Assembly: GCA_011109175.1 (NCBI GenBank)
Contig: RDEW01000023.1
Coordinates: forward strand, 407,225-471,224
Length of the DNA stretch: 64,000 nt
Origin: Dicyema japonicum
Taxonomy: Eukaryota; Animalia; Dicyemida
Direction of reading: 5' to 3'
Shown here: positions 1-14,244 of the stretch, piece after piece
Layout of the letters: each line of letters starts with the position of its first letter
Numbering within the stretch: the stretch's first letter is position 1
Position numbers and translations under genes: made by a program
The notes under the pieces: model-generated
Databases searched by the model: none
Told to the model about the DNA's origin: nothing
What the model saw: the letters and a program-made list of their open reading frames with translations, nothing else

Positions 1-655
1 TTGCTAGTGTCATCTAGCCAACATCGCCGTGCCTGTTTGTTGTCGGGGGCGTCTTCCGAGAGCGGTGCCTGTCTCAACGCCATTCTCAATGGAGTTCTGG
101 GTACCTTCCTGGATAATTAATACGTCCGTATTAGGATCTCATTGCGACTGGGATTAAAAGTCTGTGTTCTACATTTGTACCGATGCGGAGACCAGATCGA
201 CTGTTTTGGCCTACACCCTCTCTCCTGCAAGAAGAGTGCAGGCAGATTTACCAGACACATGGCCTTGAACGGTTTGACGAGTGACGCCGTCATCAGTGAA
301 TACTCACTGCGGAACTGGATTGTCTAGAAAGGACACTCACACAAGAAAAAGAAAAAAAAGAAGTGAAGATCATTCCTTGGTTCTACGATTAGTTAAAATT
401 AACTGTTCTTTACTTAAATAAAGTGTGTGTCCTGCCTATGCGGAGCTAATACCACGGCTCCGTGAAAAAGGCTGTTATTATTATGGCCTTGAACGAAGTC
501 GTTAAGCGAGCTTTGGACGCTGCCGGACACCCCTCCATGCTAGAACCAGTCGGTCTTTGCAAGCGGGACTGGAAACGACCAGATGGGATGATAATCTTCC
601 CTTTTGAAGCCGGGAAGCCTCTTGTCTAGGATGTCACCTGCACCTTGAAAAAAAC
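1..655 (+). mobile_element. 3' part of a CRE-like non-LTR retrotransposon (Zn knuckle + restriction-like endonuclease), split by a SINE
   Basis: CxC..GLHPLSC..RH..LN, then after the SINE EVVKRAL..LEPVGL..KRPDG..DVTC; contains stops. Confidence 0.7.
272..482 (+). mobile_element. 5'-truncated SINE (family S) with target-site duplication
   Basis: ATGGCCTTGAACG at 259-271 and 483-495; TTATTATT tail; matches copies at 24478 and 41841; removing it restores the host reading frame. Confidence 0.88.
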
Positions 656-769
656 AGAAAAAAAGATGCGGTAAACTGCAAAAAGAAAAAAATGCAATAA
701 AAGCAACAAAAGAAATTTCATGCCTCGACTTTTTTTTTCTACGGACAGCCCAATGTTTTACGGACATGG

Positions 770-2350
770 ATTTTCTAAGAACAATCAACAATAGCTCCAG
801 TCAGATTTGATCAAGATGATTCTTTACAGGGACCCCAGACAGGAACAGCATAATTCATCTTTGTTCAGATAAATTGTCTGTAGATAATTGTTAAGCTCTT
901 TTTAATCTTGCCAAATGACAGCTCGAAATAGTTGAGTTTTTTCTGAGAATTTACGCATACATACAAAACATGTTTTGAAGATGATAAAGAAATATCAAAT
1001 ATCACACCAAGTCTTTTAGGGTTTTAACAACAGGAAGGAGAGTATTATTTAGAAAAAAAATGGTTCCAATTTGAATTGGCGTCTGTAGTGAAAAGCGTTA
1101 TTGATGACTTTTCGCAATTATGATATAGTCGGCATAAGAGAAAAGTGTGTTCTGGTTCGTTGGTAAGCTTTCTAGATGAAGATTAAACAAGACAGAGATA
1201 GGACCGAACCTTGAAAAACACCTTTTGGAAGGTATCGATAGTGAGAGTAGGTTGACATAATAAAGGAGGCCAGAGAAGAAAGTGAGTAACCATATTTTCA
1301 AACAGAACGGGATATTTGTATCAAGGAGTTCCCTGCTCAGAACTTGTCTCGATGATTGGTCAAAAGTTTTGTTGATATCAATAGATACAACAATTGTTCT
1401 TTCCTGAAGTTTATTGTTATTAATCCGTCAGCAATAAATTGAGTCAGTTTAAATAAATATATTACAGTCGAATGAAAAGCACGAAACACAGTATAAGATT
1501 CAGCAAATGTCAGGTACGGTTTAACTAAAACTAGTAGTACTCTTTCTATAATCTTATAGATTTTCTGTCAATAAAAAATATCGCCCTAATTATAAGATAT
1601 ATGATAAGGCTGTAAAGTTCACAATCTATTGTTTGATTGTTTTTCCTTGTCTATAATTTGTCCAAAGTTACTCTCGGGTGGTAAATTGTATGGATATTTA
1701 TTTGGAGTAATAAACTGTTTATGCAAGAATAGTCGAACTATAGCTGAATTGCTTATAAAGCAGAATATTTGGCTTATTGTTATGTACATCAATCGAAGTT
1801 TTGATTACTGTCTTTATTTTTATCAAAACTTTTGCATTCTCAACTATTGTTTAATCCAAAAATTTCTGGAATGCGATATTCTATACTTGTCGCAAAAAAC
1901 TAGATGGATAGTCTCCACATGTAGCTGTTGTTCAACATATGGCGTAAAAAGATCATTTTTGCTGGTTTTTTAATTAAAATATCATTTTGTGGATCTGTTA
2001 AGTAATAGTCTGGGTCCGAAAGTTATGAAATCAACAAACTAATGCCTGTAAATTACAATTCGTTTTTTATATAATAATAAAAAGTAATTTTTGCGATAAA
2101 TTAACTTCTAAAACTTTTTCTGATGAACATTTCCTATTTTGGGAAGTTCTTATCAACTTGGCACGCCTCCACTGTGGTTACCATATGAATTTATATGCAT
2201 ATTTGAATAGAATCAGACAATCAGCTTCGCCAATTTTCCCTTTCTGTCTTCTAGTCGACCAAAAGATGTTTCGCCTCTTATCTTGTTCAGATCCGCCTCG
2301 AGCTTAGCACCTTTTGGTTGTTACTTTTATGTTAGCACCAGTTTCCTTCA
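770..2350 (-). mobile_element. Highly decayed LINE reverse-transcriptase relic
   Basis: Remnant motifs (QGTP, YADY, IDINKTFD-like) with many stops. Confidence 0.5.
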
Positions 2351-2831
2351 CTTGAAAAAACCGGGAGTAAATAAATAATAAATATTATGAATTATCAATA
2401 ATCTTAAAATAATCTCAATTGACTTTTTTTATAATCACAATTATAAGCCATTAATATTGATTTGGTTCTCTTAAAATAACAATTAAGGATTAAGATCTCT
2501 CAGGTCGATGTATCATTGGAAAAACGTCATATATCAAAAGTTTAGATTTTTAAAATGGATCAGGTTTGGAAGCATACATAAAGCTTCAGTCGACTAGATG
2601 AGTCATCAATCAAGGAATGACTTGTTAGTCATTTAAAAATATGAAATCGCTAAACTTGAAAAGCAAATGATTAATTGACATTAAGCGCCACCGAATAAAT
2701 GGGATCTATTATTTTAATGTCATAAAATTAAATTGAGTAAGTTAAAGACTTTTCGAGACAATCATTAAAGATAAGTTCAGACATAGCCTCATGGAAGAAT
2801 TACGAAAATGAAAAATAAAATATTTGAAATT

Positions 2832-3369
2832 TATTTATTTATTTTTATTTTAATAACCCCGAGAACACCGAGAAAGAAAGACAATAAGAGTCAAACAGTT
2901 AGATGACCCCACTCCTCGCTATCAATTGTACCATTCGACGTCTGTGATCTTCCATTGTCCCCACTACTTTCCGGAAGACCCTTCTCTCGGTCTTGAAGAG
3001 GAATCCGATCGGGGAGGGGAAATTCTTATCCAATCGGTCTTCTTATGCTTTAGAAAGGATCAGGCGAAGCGAATTTCCATCTTCCTCACAGACGCGAAGA
3101 AATCCGGAACCACGACTACGGATCGTAGCTTCCATTAGTAGTGAGTAAACTGTCGAACCATTAATTGGGAATGGCATACTGATGGTTTTCTGGTATATTG
3201 AGTTGACTCTTTGGACCATAGACTCCGATAGCGCGAATCTTCATGCAACGGAGGCATACTCAACGGCAGGCGCGATTGTTTGTTGGTAGAGGGTAGAAAC
3301 GGAAAAGTCCATGTTCCTCCGGACAAGGGCGCATAAAACGTTAACTTTCTGGAGGCCCCTGGTAATCAT
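2832..3369 (-). mobile_element. 5'-truncated copy of the Vingi-like LINE at 58156-61170
   Basis: High similarity to 60640-61165; same GGGGTTATT 3' end; TSD ATATTTGAAATT at 2820-2831 and 3370-3381. Confidence 0.85.
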
Positions 3370-3553
3370 ATATTTGAAATTGGAATGCTTAAACGTTTGA
3401 AATGCTTAAAACTCTATATTAATATTTAATTAAAAATTATGTAATTAAAAACAATTTATATTTTATTATACGATTGTATTACATTCGTTGTGAGTGGTTG
3501 GTTTTTAAATATTTTAATAAATTTCACAATTTAAACTTATTTTAGCTAATTAA

Positions 3554-4495
3554 ATGACCGACAAAGAGACATTGAGATCCGGATACACAATTGCCAACCG
3601 CTACAGGCTTATCAAGAAAATTGGAAGTGGGTCATTCGGGAAAATATACTCTGCTTATGACTTTATGTTATGTCAGGAAGTAGCATTGAAAGTTGAAAGT
3701 TCTTCCTCAATTCACCCACAACTTCATTTTGAGAGCAAAATTTACAGATTTTTAGAATGCAGTCCCGGAATTCCAGCAATGATTGACTATCTCCAAGAAA
3801 ACGGGATGAATATCTTAGTTATTCAACTTCTTGGGCCCTCTCTTGAAGATTTGTTCAATTTTTGTTATAGAAGGCTCACTCTGAAAACTGTCTTAATGCT
3901 GGCTGATCAAATGTTAGGGAGAATTGACTATCTACACACTCGTTGTTTCATTCACCGTGATATAAAACCCGACAACTTCATAATGGGTCCTGGAAGGTAC
4001 TCTAATCGTCTTTACATGATTGACTTTGGCTTGGCTAAGAAGTATAGGAGTAGTACTACTATGATGCACATTCCTTACAGAGATGATAAAAGCCTTACAG
4101 GAACAGCAAGATATGCCAGCACAAATGCACATATGGGAATTGAACAGAGTAGGAGAGACGATTTAGAGTCCCTTGGATATGTACTAATGTATCTACTACG
4201 TGGAAATCTTCCTTGGCAGGGGTTGCAAGCACCCACTAAGAAGGAGAAATACGCGAAAATTGCAGAAATGAAGGTTACAGTTACCGTGGATAATCTGTGC
4301 CAGGGTTTCCCTGCTGAATTTGCCCAGTATTTGACATATTGCAGAAACCTGAGGTTTGAAGAAAGACCTGATTATTCGTTTTTGAGACAAAAATTTAGGG
4401 ATCTGTTTAAAAGAATTGGATTTGTTGATGATTCTCAATATCAATGGATGACTGTCAAAAGATGCTTTCCTGGTCCTCAGCGTCAACATTACTAA
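3554..4495 (+). CDS. CSNK1A1: Casein kinase 1, alpha-like, intronless, 313 aa
   Basis: [59 protein letters not shown]; short C-tail and YRDDK favour alpha. Confidence 0.93.
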   Translation: MTDKETLRSGYTIANRYRLIKKIGSGSFGKIYSAYDFMLCQEVALKVESSSSIHPQLHFESKIYRFLECSPGIPAMIDYLQENGMNILVIQLLGPSLEDLFNFCYRRLTLKTVLMLADQMLGRIDYLHTRCFIHRDIKPDNFIMGPGRYSNRLYMIDFGLAKKYRSSTTMMHIPYRDDKSLTGTARYASTNAHMGIEQSRRDDLESLGYVLMYLLRGNLPWQGLQAPTKKEKYAKIAEMKVTVTVDNLCQGFPAEFAQYLTYCRNLRFEERPDYSFLRQKFRDLFKRIGFVDDSQYQWMTVKRCFPGPQRQHY

Positions 4496-4597
4496 CTATT
4501 TTTTATTGTAACTGTGTTGATCCTCTTTATTGTTCCGAACTTTTTTATGTTTTCTAAGAAATCTATTTTATGAGTACTATATTTCTGCAGTTTTTTT

Positions 4598-4790
4598 TAT
4601 TAGTGATAATCCAGGGTTTGAATCTCGATGCTGTACATTCTGGCTGAAGGTTCCACACATCTATGGTGCTTTTAATGTGAGGAACAGGATCGTCCGAAAG
4701 GAACTCACAAGCAAGAAAAATTAAAGAATATTTCTTGGTTCCTTCCTCCATTTCTACGATTAGCGTTTTTATTGTTTATTGAAAAAAACA
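4598..4790 (+). mobile_element. Diverged SINE (family S relative)
   Basis: B-box-like GGTTTGAATCT, core GAAGGTTCCACACATC, TTCTACGATTAG block shared with other copies. Confidence 0.6.
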
Positions 4791-4859
4791 TTTTATTGTA
4801 GTTATTTGACCTCTTTATTGTGTATTATTATTATAAGCAACATTCGGAAAATCATAATA

Positions 4860-7030
4860 GTTATAATTTCACTTGTGCAGCATTCAAAACAATCCTCCGA
4901 ACCAACTTTTTCCAACCTCCTCGATCGTAAAAAAGTTTCCTCAACTCGTCCAGGTCGTCCCCACTTCTTAGACGTTTGTCCACGAACTTTAGATCTCCTT
5001 CAAGTGTTTCAGGAGTGTAATACGCCTGCGTGCACGAAAACACGGTCCCTGTCTCATAAAGTAGTCCTCCATTGCTATGTTTGCTGGAGCGCCCAATTCC
5101 ATACGCAATATATGTCCAAATAGCCTCCAGCGCAAATCATCAATTTCGAGACTCAGTGGACCCGTACAACATCTCTTGTACAGCGATTCTTTTTTATTCT
5201 TGCCCGGTCCAGTTCAGTCCAAGTAGGGATCTAAGTTGTCTTCGATGGAAAGAGTCTAGTCCAAGTTGTTCGGTTTTGGACGTTCCCCAGGTCGATGAAT
5301 TGTACACTAGGATCTGCTTGACAAAGAGTTCATACAATCTCAGACGAAGTGATGTGCAGAATCGTCGTTTGCCAATCCACTCTATCTTCAACTTGTTCAT
5401 CGTTACCCAAGCGAAGGCCTTCTTTCTGGCTAGCCAAGTTTGTTTGTTTTTCGCCATGTTTCACTTGATCTGCTTTCCATTCTCCTGATTTCCACAATGT
5501 CAGTTTTTGCGGTTTTCGTTCCAAGGAACCATCGATTCAGCTCAGCAGGTGCCACCTCGAGGAGTCGAAGTAGGGCCGATTTGTCTTCTGACACAAAAGT
5601 CGACGTCGTCCGCATAGGTAATTTCGACGATGTCATAGAACTTCCAAAGATCTCGTAATGCCGCCTCCAGATATATGACAAATAGCAGAAGCGAAAGAAT
5701 CTCCCTGAGTACCAACATTGCACGTAAATTAACGGGATAACGTCTTACCGACCCGCACTCTGAGCTTCGTGTTAGATAGCAACACTCTGATCATACTGAC
5801 AGAATCAGGGTCCAAAAATTGTTCCAGTATCTTGAGAAGTAGACCACGCGGACCGTGTCAAACCCTAGAGAGGTCTATTCCCAGGACTGTTGTTGCACTT
5901 TCAAATCTCTGGTGATGCCACTTGTGGCTCCATACTACATCGCAGTGAATTTTTCTGTCCTGAATCCACTGTGACTAGGGGATAGATAGTTTTCCACTTG
6001 TTCTCTGATTCGGTTCAGCGAAACTAATGCCAAAAGTTTTCGTAAAGTGTTTAGCAGGATTATTGGACGTAGGTTTTCAACAGGCCCACCATGCTTGTTA
6101 GGTTTTTGTATTGGTATTAATAGTCCGGATCCAAAAGCGGGGTATTCTTTTTTTTATAAACATAGAGTTGAGTAGTTCTGCCAGTCTATCTGTTAGTGCA
6201 GGTGGCCCGTATTTGAATTGATTCCATCCGGTCCAGGGGATCGACCATTCTTAAGTTTGACCATTGCATTTGAGATTTCGCCAGGTGTGATAGCTTTATC
6301 AAGTTGGGTGGCGTATCCACTAGTATGATCAGATATTTCTCCGCAAACAGTTAATATATCCTCGAAATACGACGCAATATATTCGACCTGATCTTTGGAT
6401 TTGTTAAGAATCTTATATTTTCGTCATGGAGTTTGAGTTTGTTTGTTTGTTTTCTTCTGTTGAGCAGACGGATTGCAGTAAACATTTTTGATGAGTCTTT
6501 TAACTGTTCAACTTCTGCAGCTCTTAGATCAAGTAGGTTAGTGGCGTGCTTCTTATTCAAAATCTTTATGGTTTTCTGGGTGGATCTTCTTCTAGACTTC
6601 AAGATTTGTTTCCTGTCTGGATCAGACTAATTTTCTAGTTGTAATCTTAGTTCTCTTTGTTCTTTAATGGGCGGGACATCTGGATGTATACATTTTTTAA
6701 ACACTGCTGGGGACCAGGTTCCGATGCTCCCACTTGCTGCCGAAGATCCCTTTCATTGTCTCCGCCCAGGTGCCTCCTGGAGGAAATCCGAGATCTAGGT
6801 TTCGGAGGAATTTCGTAATTGATATTTGGTAGTTGTCTCTGATCGACGTAGAGTAACACAGTTGTTCTATTTTATAGATTCTTCTTACATCTACGTTTGG
6901 CTCTCTTCTTATTAGGTCAGTCAAAGTCCTCGTTGTGAACTTGGCAGAGACTATCTTGTGATCACTGTCGATAGCTGCACCTCCGTAAGACCTTGAGTCA
7001 CGTAGGAATAATTTTTTGACTCGGCAAATT
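4860..7030 (-). mobile_element. Decayed RTE-like LINE (APE C-terminus, RT, C-terminal region)
   Basis: DSDHKIV, LRPIILL, RLYELFVKQILVYNSSTWG, LDSFHRRQLR. Confidence 0.8.
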
Positions 7031-7735
7031 ACTTTCTCCACAGTTTCATTTAAGAATTGGAGATTCCTCATGCAGAGGTGATTTTCCACTGGGAAAAAGG
7101 TGGTTTTCCAATGGAGGGGATCGGATGTGTGAATTTGTTGCATCTAATAATTATTCGAAGGGCTCCATTTTGAAGTTTTTTGATGTTGCAGACTTGGAGG
7201 TTAGTGGGGAGAGGTGTTTGGCTCCACCGGGCGTCTATCACATCCTTGCTGATGTAAGAACACATACACTTGTTGTAGATACCAGTGGTTGATATTCTAC
7301 GTGGCCACTCCATTCCGAGTAAGCTTCTTAGTTGCCTTCTATGGAACGAATCCAGTTTCAATAGTTCGTTAAAGGAACTTCCCCATGTCCCAGCGTTATA
7401 CAGTAGGATCGGTTTCACAAACGCGTTGTAAAGCCTGAATCTGATGTCAATTTTAAGTCCTTTGGCCCTTAGCCATCCTTTCTTCAGTTTAGCCATTGCC
7501 GCATTTGCCAGTGTTTTCCTCCTAAGTACATCTTCATCGTCTCCTAGTAGAGAGCCGAGCTTATTAGTACGTCTCCATCTTTTATGAGTAATATCGTCTT
7601 CTCTTTTGATTTGCGTAATTTCAGTTTTGTTAACATTTACGCTGAGAAACTATTTCTCAAGCTCCGCAGGTGCATTTTCTAGCAGGTGTTGGAGTGCGGT
7701 CACGTCCCGTGATACAAAATTCACATCATACTTCA
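7030..7735 (-). mobile_element. Nested LINE fragments (RTE-like C-terminus plus a short Vingi-like piece)
   Basis: RLYNAFVKPILLYNAGTWG; KKLQNGALRII. Confidence 0.7.
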
Positions 7736-8299
7736 CATGTGCTATTAAAATAAATTATCAAATATAACTAATTCATCAAGTTGTACTGAACATTTTGTTT
7801 TTCTAAGAGAAATCTGAAAGATAAACCTAGAATGCTTTCCCAGAACAATTGGCTCGCAATTATTAGAAGTAATTTCAATTACGTGCTCTAAGCCTGCATG
7901 AAATAATGAAGACCTATTATTATTATCTAACTCCGAAAAAGAAAACACCAGAAAGAAGAAGTTAAACATTTAATTAAGTGATCTCGATTGAAAAAAAACT
8001 GGATCGAGAGCATTTTGCTCTGCTTCTCCATAGTACCCAAAGCTTTTTTGAATCCACGACGTTTTTCTTTTATCAGAATTTGGAGAGACGTGGGCTTTTT
8101 TCCCAATTTATGTGTACCGGCGGCTTCTATCGCTGATTGGTACAAGCGATAGGATTCCGAGCCACAGGGAGTGATGAAACTGGAACCATTATTCCAGATT
8201 GGCGCATTTCTAGTAATGGGGATAATTAAGCAGAGAAATTTTTTTATGCGGACCATTTTTTGCTCTTAGGGAATTGATGTCTTTGGTTCTTTAAGAATT

Positions 8300-9090
8300 G
8301 CCTAAAAGTCTAACCAGGTAAGTCGCACTTGATAACATTTACCTCCTTACAAAAAGAGATACGTATAACGCCAGCAGTAGATGTATATGATTCCTAGATC
8401 CACACTAAGACGACCTTTTTCATCTTGAAAGTCATCCTGGACCACCTGTTATCATTCACAAATCACTCGACCTAGTAACCTCTGGGATTCAAAAGAAAAT
8501 TAGAATTTTAACGTATTTTTCACATTCTCCCATATCTTTCATCCTTTCTCTAGAACTTCTATATAAAAAAATGTTCTATTAAGCATCGAGTATGCTTGCG
8601 CATCATAGATAGCCCCAATCTTGCTATCGGCAAAGCAAACTTAAGATGTTACAAAACCGATTCCTTAGAATAGTATTAGAATAATATTGAGATATTCAAA
8701 ACACTCCCACATAGGTGCTACGAAAAAAGTTAAACGTCTCACAAATCATGGAATACCTTGCGGAACATCTGCGAGACTTCTTCAAAATTTCAAATTCTCC
8801 TGAACAACTGGAAGTCAATCTATATCTGGAAACCTGCCAAAGATATGAGAAAAAACCTTTCTCTTTGTAGAGACTAATAGGGGATTCTAAAACTAACCCC
8901 GGGAGAAAGCATGGTATGAACAACGGCATTAATCAATTTAGACGATAATTCTTATTCTCTTTCTTGTTGTTCCGGTGTAAATAAAATTAAATTCAATATC
9001 AGCAGAAATTATACTGGAATTTAAATATTTCAGAGCATAGTCAAATAAATCAATATTTGTCACGGAGAAATCTCTAAAATATTCTTGTCA
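8300..9090 (+). mobile_element. Decayed LINE 3' region
   Basis: Shares ATCAGCAGAAATTATACTGGAATT with the minus-strand relic near 34580; IEYA remnant. Confidence 0.4.
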
Positions 9091-9129
9091 AAATTTAGCT
9101 CATTTTCCTTTATAATTTATTAAAAAAAG

Positions 9130-10540
9130 TTTGCGTCGAGACGCTGTCGAGTTGGCTGTGCCCCTCTTGTATTGGAAAGGAGGTCCCCAGTCGGGAAAAA
9201 ATAGTTCAGCCAAACTTTACACTGCTGCATACTGACCACACTCTCTTGAAGATCTTGAACATCCGGAAAGCCAGGAAGATCCCAGTAAAAATCCCTAATG
9301 GAGTACGAATTGCCGCAGCATCGTGTTTTTCAGATTCCATTGATCACGCACTGTCCTCTGACAGTTGGGAATCCTGGCTAAAACTTATATGCCTCGCACC
9401 TGTCGCACTCGGAATACTAACAACGGAATCTGAGGATAATAATAAAGAAACAAATTTCCGGCTCAACTTATCTGAGAAACTGAAAGGAAGAATAATGAAT
9501 TTTAGAAGTCATAACATACACACAATACTTGAACAGCCACTTAATATCAATTAGGTCGAAACCAGAGGAGCATACACTAAAGACGTTTCCAACAAACTAA
9601 AAGAGAGAGTAAACTGGAAACTTCTGGAGGGCGACGTGCGGGCAGCCTTACGGGTTATCACGTCCGATGATACAGTATTGTCTTGTACCCCCGAGATCTA
9701 CCTTAATACTGAAGCACCCAGATGCACCGAATGACTATGGAAAGTTTTTGAATCCTGAAGGAACCGCGGAGATAATTATAACCGAATCCGAAGTGCGCTG
9801 CGGAATAGCTTCTATCGCCGCTAGCAGCAACGGAGGCTTGGAAGGGTTACATTCTGGCCATATTAAGGACCTTACGTCCATTTACACCTCGGAAGCTGGA
9901 CGCTGTCTTGTCAAATCAATTACGGACCTAATCAGAAAAATAGGTTAACGGCGACATCCCAGAATATACCAAAGAATTGCTCTTCTCAGCACTAGCTTTC
10001 AAAAAACCAAATGATCATTCAAGGAAACATACAATTCATTACGTAAAGCGTTATCCGCTTTAAAAAACTTGGGATTGGACATCAATGTTAACAAATCAGA
10101 GCTAATAAATGTCTCATATCCAAAGACCGACTTTCTCCCTATCAAGGAGTCTTTTAACGAACTGCTTCCTGGGATCCCGACTGTGCTAGTTGATAAATTA
10201 TATTTACTCGGATGCACACTCAAGAACCATCTACTTTCCAAAAATGAAGAACTAACACGCATCGCGAAAAGATTGTCATGTCTCGACTCTCACACATCCT
10301 TCTTCCTGATGAGAAACAACATCGGACTACCCAAGCATTTATATCTCCTTGGGTATTCACCCTGCTACGAACAATACGACAGTATACTTTCGATAGACAA
10401 TCTCTCAAACAAACTGTTTAGTCACTAATTAACGTCTGATTCGACGAACTTGGTTGGAAGCAATGTAAGATTCCCTATGGATTTGAAGGTGTCGGTCTAT
10501 GATCGGCGCTGGATGTTGCGAACCCGGCATATCTATTGTC
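9130..10540 (+). mobile_element. CRE-like retrotransposon fragment (N-terminal region, internally deleted RT), truncated by an RTE insertion
   Basis: KLLEGDVRAALRV, LKHP, GGLEGLHSGHIKDL, GLDINVNKSE, LPKHLYLL. Confidence 0.65.
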
Positions 10541-10549
10541 TCTCTAAAT

Positions 10550-13500
10550 TTGGATCATTCAGGACTACGAGTTTTTTTAGGAAAATGGATGGAAAAGAAA
10601 TGCATAAATAATCTACATGTATACAGGAATACATGTTTGCCTCAACATCTTCGCAGCGGCGCAGGCCTTCCTTCTTGGTCCACCCATGAACATAGGGAAA
10701 AATGTGGTTCTTTTCTTCCAAATGCCACCACGTCGTCGGCGAGCCACATGACATTTTTTATTACACAAGATGCCCGCCTTTTGAATAACTTTACAGTCAT
10801 CTATTCACTCCCATCTTCCTATTCAACCTACCCTGTATTTAAATGCCAAGAAAATCTTGAGCAAATTCTCCTACGATCTAATTGGAAGCAATGTTACTGC
10901 AAAACATCAAATCTCGAGTCTTCGTCACACAGAATCTCACAATTTCGCAACATGGAACGTAAGAGGCTTAAACGAAAGGAAACTAGAAGTCGTAAAAAGA
11001 GAAATGAGAAGGCTTGATATTGACCTGCTTGGAGTAAGCGAACTTCATTGGATTGACAGTGGTTTTTTTCGTTTTGATGATTTCGTCATATATTATTCTG
11101 GTAACATTAATGCGAAGAGAAACGGAGTGGCCTTCATTGCTTCAAAGAAAATTGCACCTGCTATTGAAAGTCATAGAATATTTAATGATCGAATAATACT
11201 AATCCACGTCCGTGGACGACCATTAATATTACGGTCATGCAAGTTTATGCCCCAACATATATTGCCAAGGATGACGAAATTGACCAATTTTATTATGAAT
11301 TTCAAGAGGCACTAAAACTAATACCCAAAAAGGACATAACCTACATAATGGGGGATTTCAATTCAAAAGTTGGGTGTATGCCCACATACGGATATTGTGG
11401 GAAGTATTGGTTTGGGAAAAGAAATGATGCTGGGGATCGACTGGTCCAATTCTGTCAGGAAAATGGATTTCAGATAACTAACACATGGTTCAAACAGCAC
11501 AAACGACGATTATACACTTGGACGTCGCCTAATGGAATGTCTAGGAACCAGATTGATTATATTTTGTGCGCCAAACGTTGGAAAAGCTCTATAACAGCCG
11601 TCAAAACATATCCAGGGAAGACTGTGGAACAGACCATCATCTACTTGTTGCAAAAATTAGGACGAAATTCAGTAACACTTGGAATACCCTCCGAGTAAAG
11701 AAATTCGATGTCTCAAACATACCACCAGAATACGCAATGGAAGTTAAGCACAATATTGGATTACTGGATTTGAACGGAAGGATGCCTGATGAATTATGGA
11801 ATGATTTGCAGTTGGTTATCGGAACGCTGCAATAAAACATGTCAAATACAAAACGCCTGCCAAGTGCTCTGAGTGGCTCTCTGCCAACACCCTAAACATT
11901 GCTGAGGCTCGTAAAGCTGCTAAAGTTTCTAGGAATATAGACGAGATAAGAAAACTTTACTTTGAATTCAAAAAAGCAGCCAGGAAGGATAAAGAAGACT
12001 ACTGGAGGTTACACTGCAAAAAAATGGAAGATGACTATAAGAGAGGTCACACTAGGAATGCGTATTTACAACTAAAAAGATTACGAACCCCTTTACGAAA
12101 ATGATGGGCAAAATCAAGGACAAGGATGGTGTTAAATTGCTAGGCCAACAGAACATCCGAAATCGTTGGAGAGAATATACGGAACGGCTATATTCAGAAA
12201 CTGTGTGCCCACCCATATGTGTTGATGAAGCAACGTCGGGTGAAGGGCATAAAATCCTTGAGGAGGAATGCGTGTAGGCTACACGGCAATTAACGGGGAA
12301 CAAGGCACCGGGGATTGAGAACATCTCAATCGAATTGTTGAAGGCTATACCGGTTACAGCTATCACCAGTCGATGTCAAAAAATTTGGGAAACTGGTATT
12401 TGCCCACGTGAGTGGAAAAAATCTATATTTATTTCAATACCGAAAAAAGGAGATAGCAAGGACTGTTAAAACTATCGTACAATAACCTTAATTCCCCACA
12501 TCAAAAAAATACTTCTAAAGATAATACAACATCTTCTAATGCCAGATGCCGAAATTATTCTACCGGATGTCCAAGCAGGATTCAGAAAGGGACGAGGCAC
12601 ACGTGACCATATAGCAAATGTCCGGTGGATTATGGAGAAAGCTCATGAATCCCAAAAGAGTGTATACATGTGCTTCATTGACTATCGGAAAGCTTTTGAT
12701 TCCGTTATACATGACAAGCTGTGGTCCGCTTTAAAAGAATTTGGATTCGATGCCCATCTGATTTTGCTTATCAAATCTCTTTATAAGGATCAAGAAGCAA
12801 CTGTTAGAACAGTGTATGGAGATACCGATTGGTTCAAAATTTGTAATGGAGTACACAAGGATGCTTATTATCTCCCATCTTATTCAATATTTATGGCGAA
12901 ATGATCATGACTAAATTGGATACTGTATCAAATAACGGGATTAAAATTGGAGGCAGGAACATCAATAATTTGCGCTATGCTGACGATACAACCTTACTGG
13001 CTGAAACAGAGGATGGCCTCAGGGAGTTGATTCTAAGATTCAGAGAAGAGAGCGCCGTCTTTGGCTTATTGCTAAATATCAAGAAGACCAAAATTATGAC
13101 TACTGCTAATAATGGAACTAAAAATTGGGAATGAGAAAAATAGAGAGTTGCGATAATGTTGTCTTTTTGGGATGTCTAATTAATCGGAATGGTGACGGAG
13201 GCCTGGAAATCAAGAGGCGAATTGCCATGGGACAAGACACCTTCCAGAGAATGAATAGAATTTGGAAAACAAAGATATTTCCTTAAGGACCAAATGCAGA
13301 TTAGTTAATGCAATCGTGTTCCCGGTTTTTTTATACGGCGCAGAATCGTGGACATTGAAAAAGGCGGATAGGCGAAGAATTAATGCTTTTGAGCTGTGGT
13401 GCTGGAGGAGGTTACTAAGAATCCTTGGACCTCCAAAGTAACAACCATCAATGTACTCAAACGGGTAGAGACTGACATTTCGCTAGAGGGAAGAATCGCA

Positions 13501-13751
13501 AAACACAGATTGGCGTTCTTTGGGCATGTTGTCCGCTCTGATTCACTGGAAAGCTGAGCAATATTACTGGGAAGAGAAGACCTGGCCGACCAAGGACTCG
13601 TGGCTATCCACGGTGGAAGACGTCACGGGAATGCCTATATCAAGGCTACTCCAAATTGCAACGGATCGGGAGAGTGGAGGAAACTCGTTCATGAGATCTC
13701 CAAGGGTCGGACACGACTAAATTGGACAACATATCATACATAACATCATAT
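10550..13751 (+). mobile_element. Near full-length RTE (BovB-like) LINE, frameshifted APE-RT
   Basis: ATWNVRG, GVSELHW, QVYAPT, GDFN, NQIDYI, TDH, QAGFRKGRGTRDHI, FIDYRKAFDSV, LRYADD; (ACAT)-like 3' tail 13728-13751. Confidence 0.92.
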
Positions 13752-14244
13752 GTGTCGGGATTTTCTCGAAAATCTGATTTCACAACAGTGTTAAATCCAG
13801 GAATACCTTGATATCTTTGAAATAGACTAACGCATAAAAAATAAAAAATCAAATTTACTGTGAGCATCTAGTTGTACGGATGATACGTGCTTGTGAAGGA
13901 GGAACATGCGTCAAGTTGAGTTCTGTTGGAGCGTGCTAGGATCACGTGACCAGTTAGTTTTGTGTTAACATAGTCTCAAGAATTTTTCCAACTAACCAGT
14001 TATCTCAATGCTAGTCTCAGGCACACATAGAAATTACCAAATAATTAGGTTATCATGTTACCACGATAGCAATCTCAGAGAAAAAGACCTAAAAACAGAC
14101 AACTACATCGACTGAAAAAATCCCTAAAAAGATCCAATCTTACCATTAAATCTAATTAGAACATAAATATAATGTCAATACAAATAACTAATACAAAATG
14201 AATAAGAATATGCCAAAAATCAAAAAAAATTCCCCACAAATTAA

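Noticed and set aside
7745-8256. Two minus-strand ORFs as a host gene
   Set aside because: No recognisable domain; embedded among LINE debris
10580-10755. HDV-like ribozyme at the RTE 5' end
   Set aside because: One 9-bp stem is visible, but the nested pseudoknot could not be assembled
13752-14110. Possible solo LTR (TGT...ACA)
   Set aside because: No TSD, no second copy, no PBS or PPT
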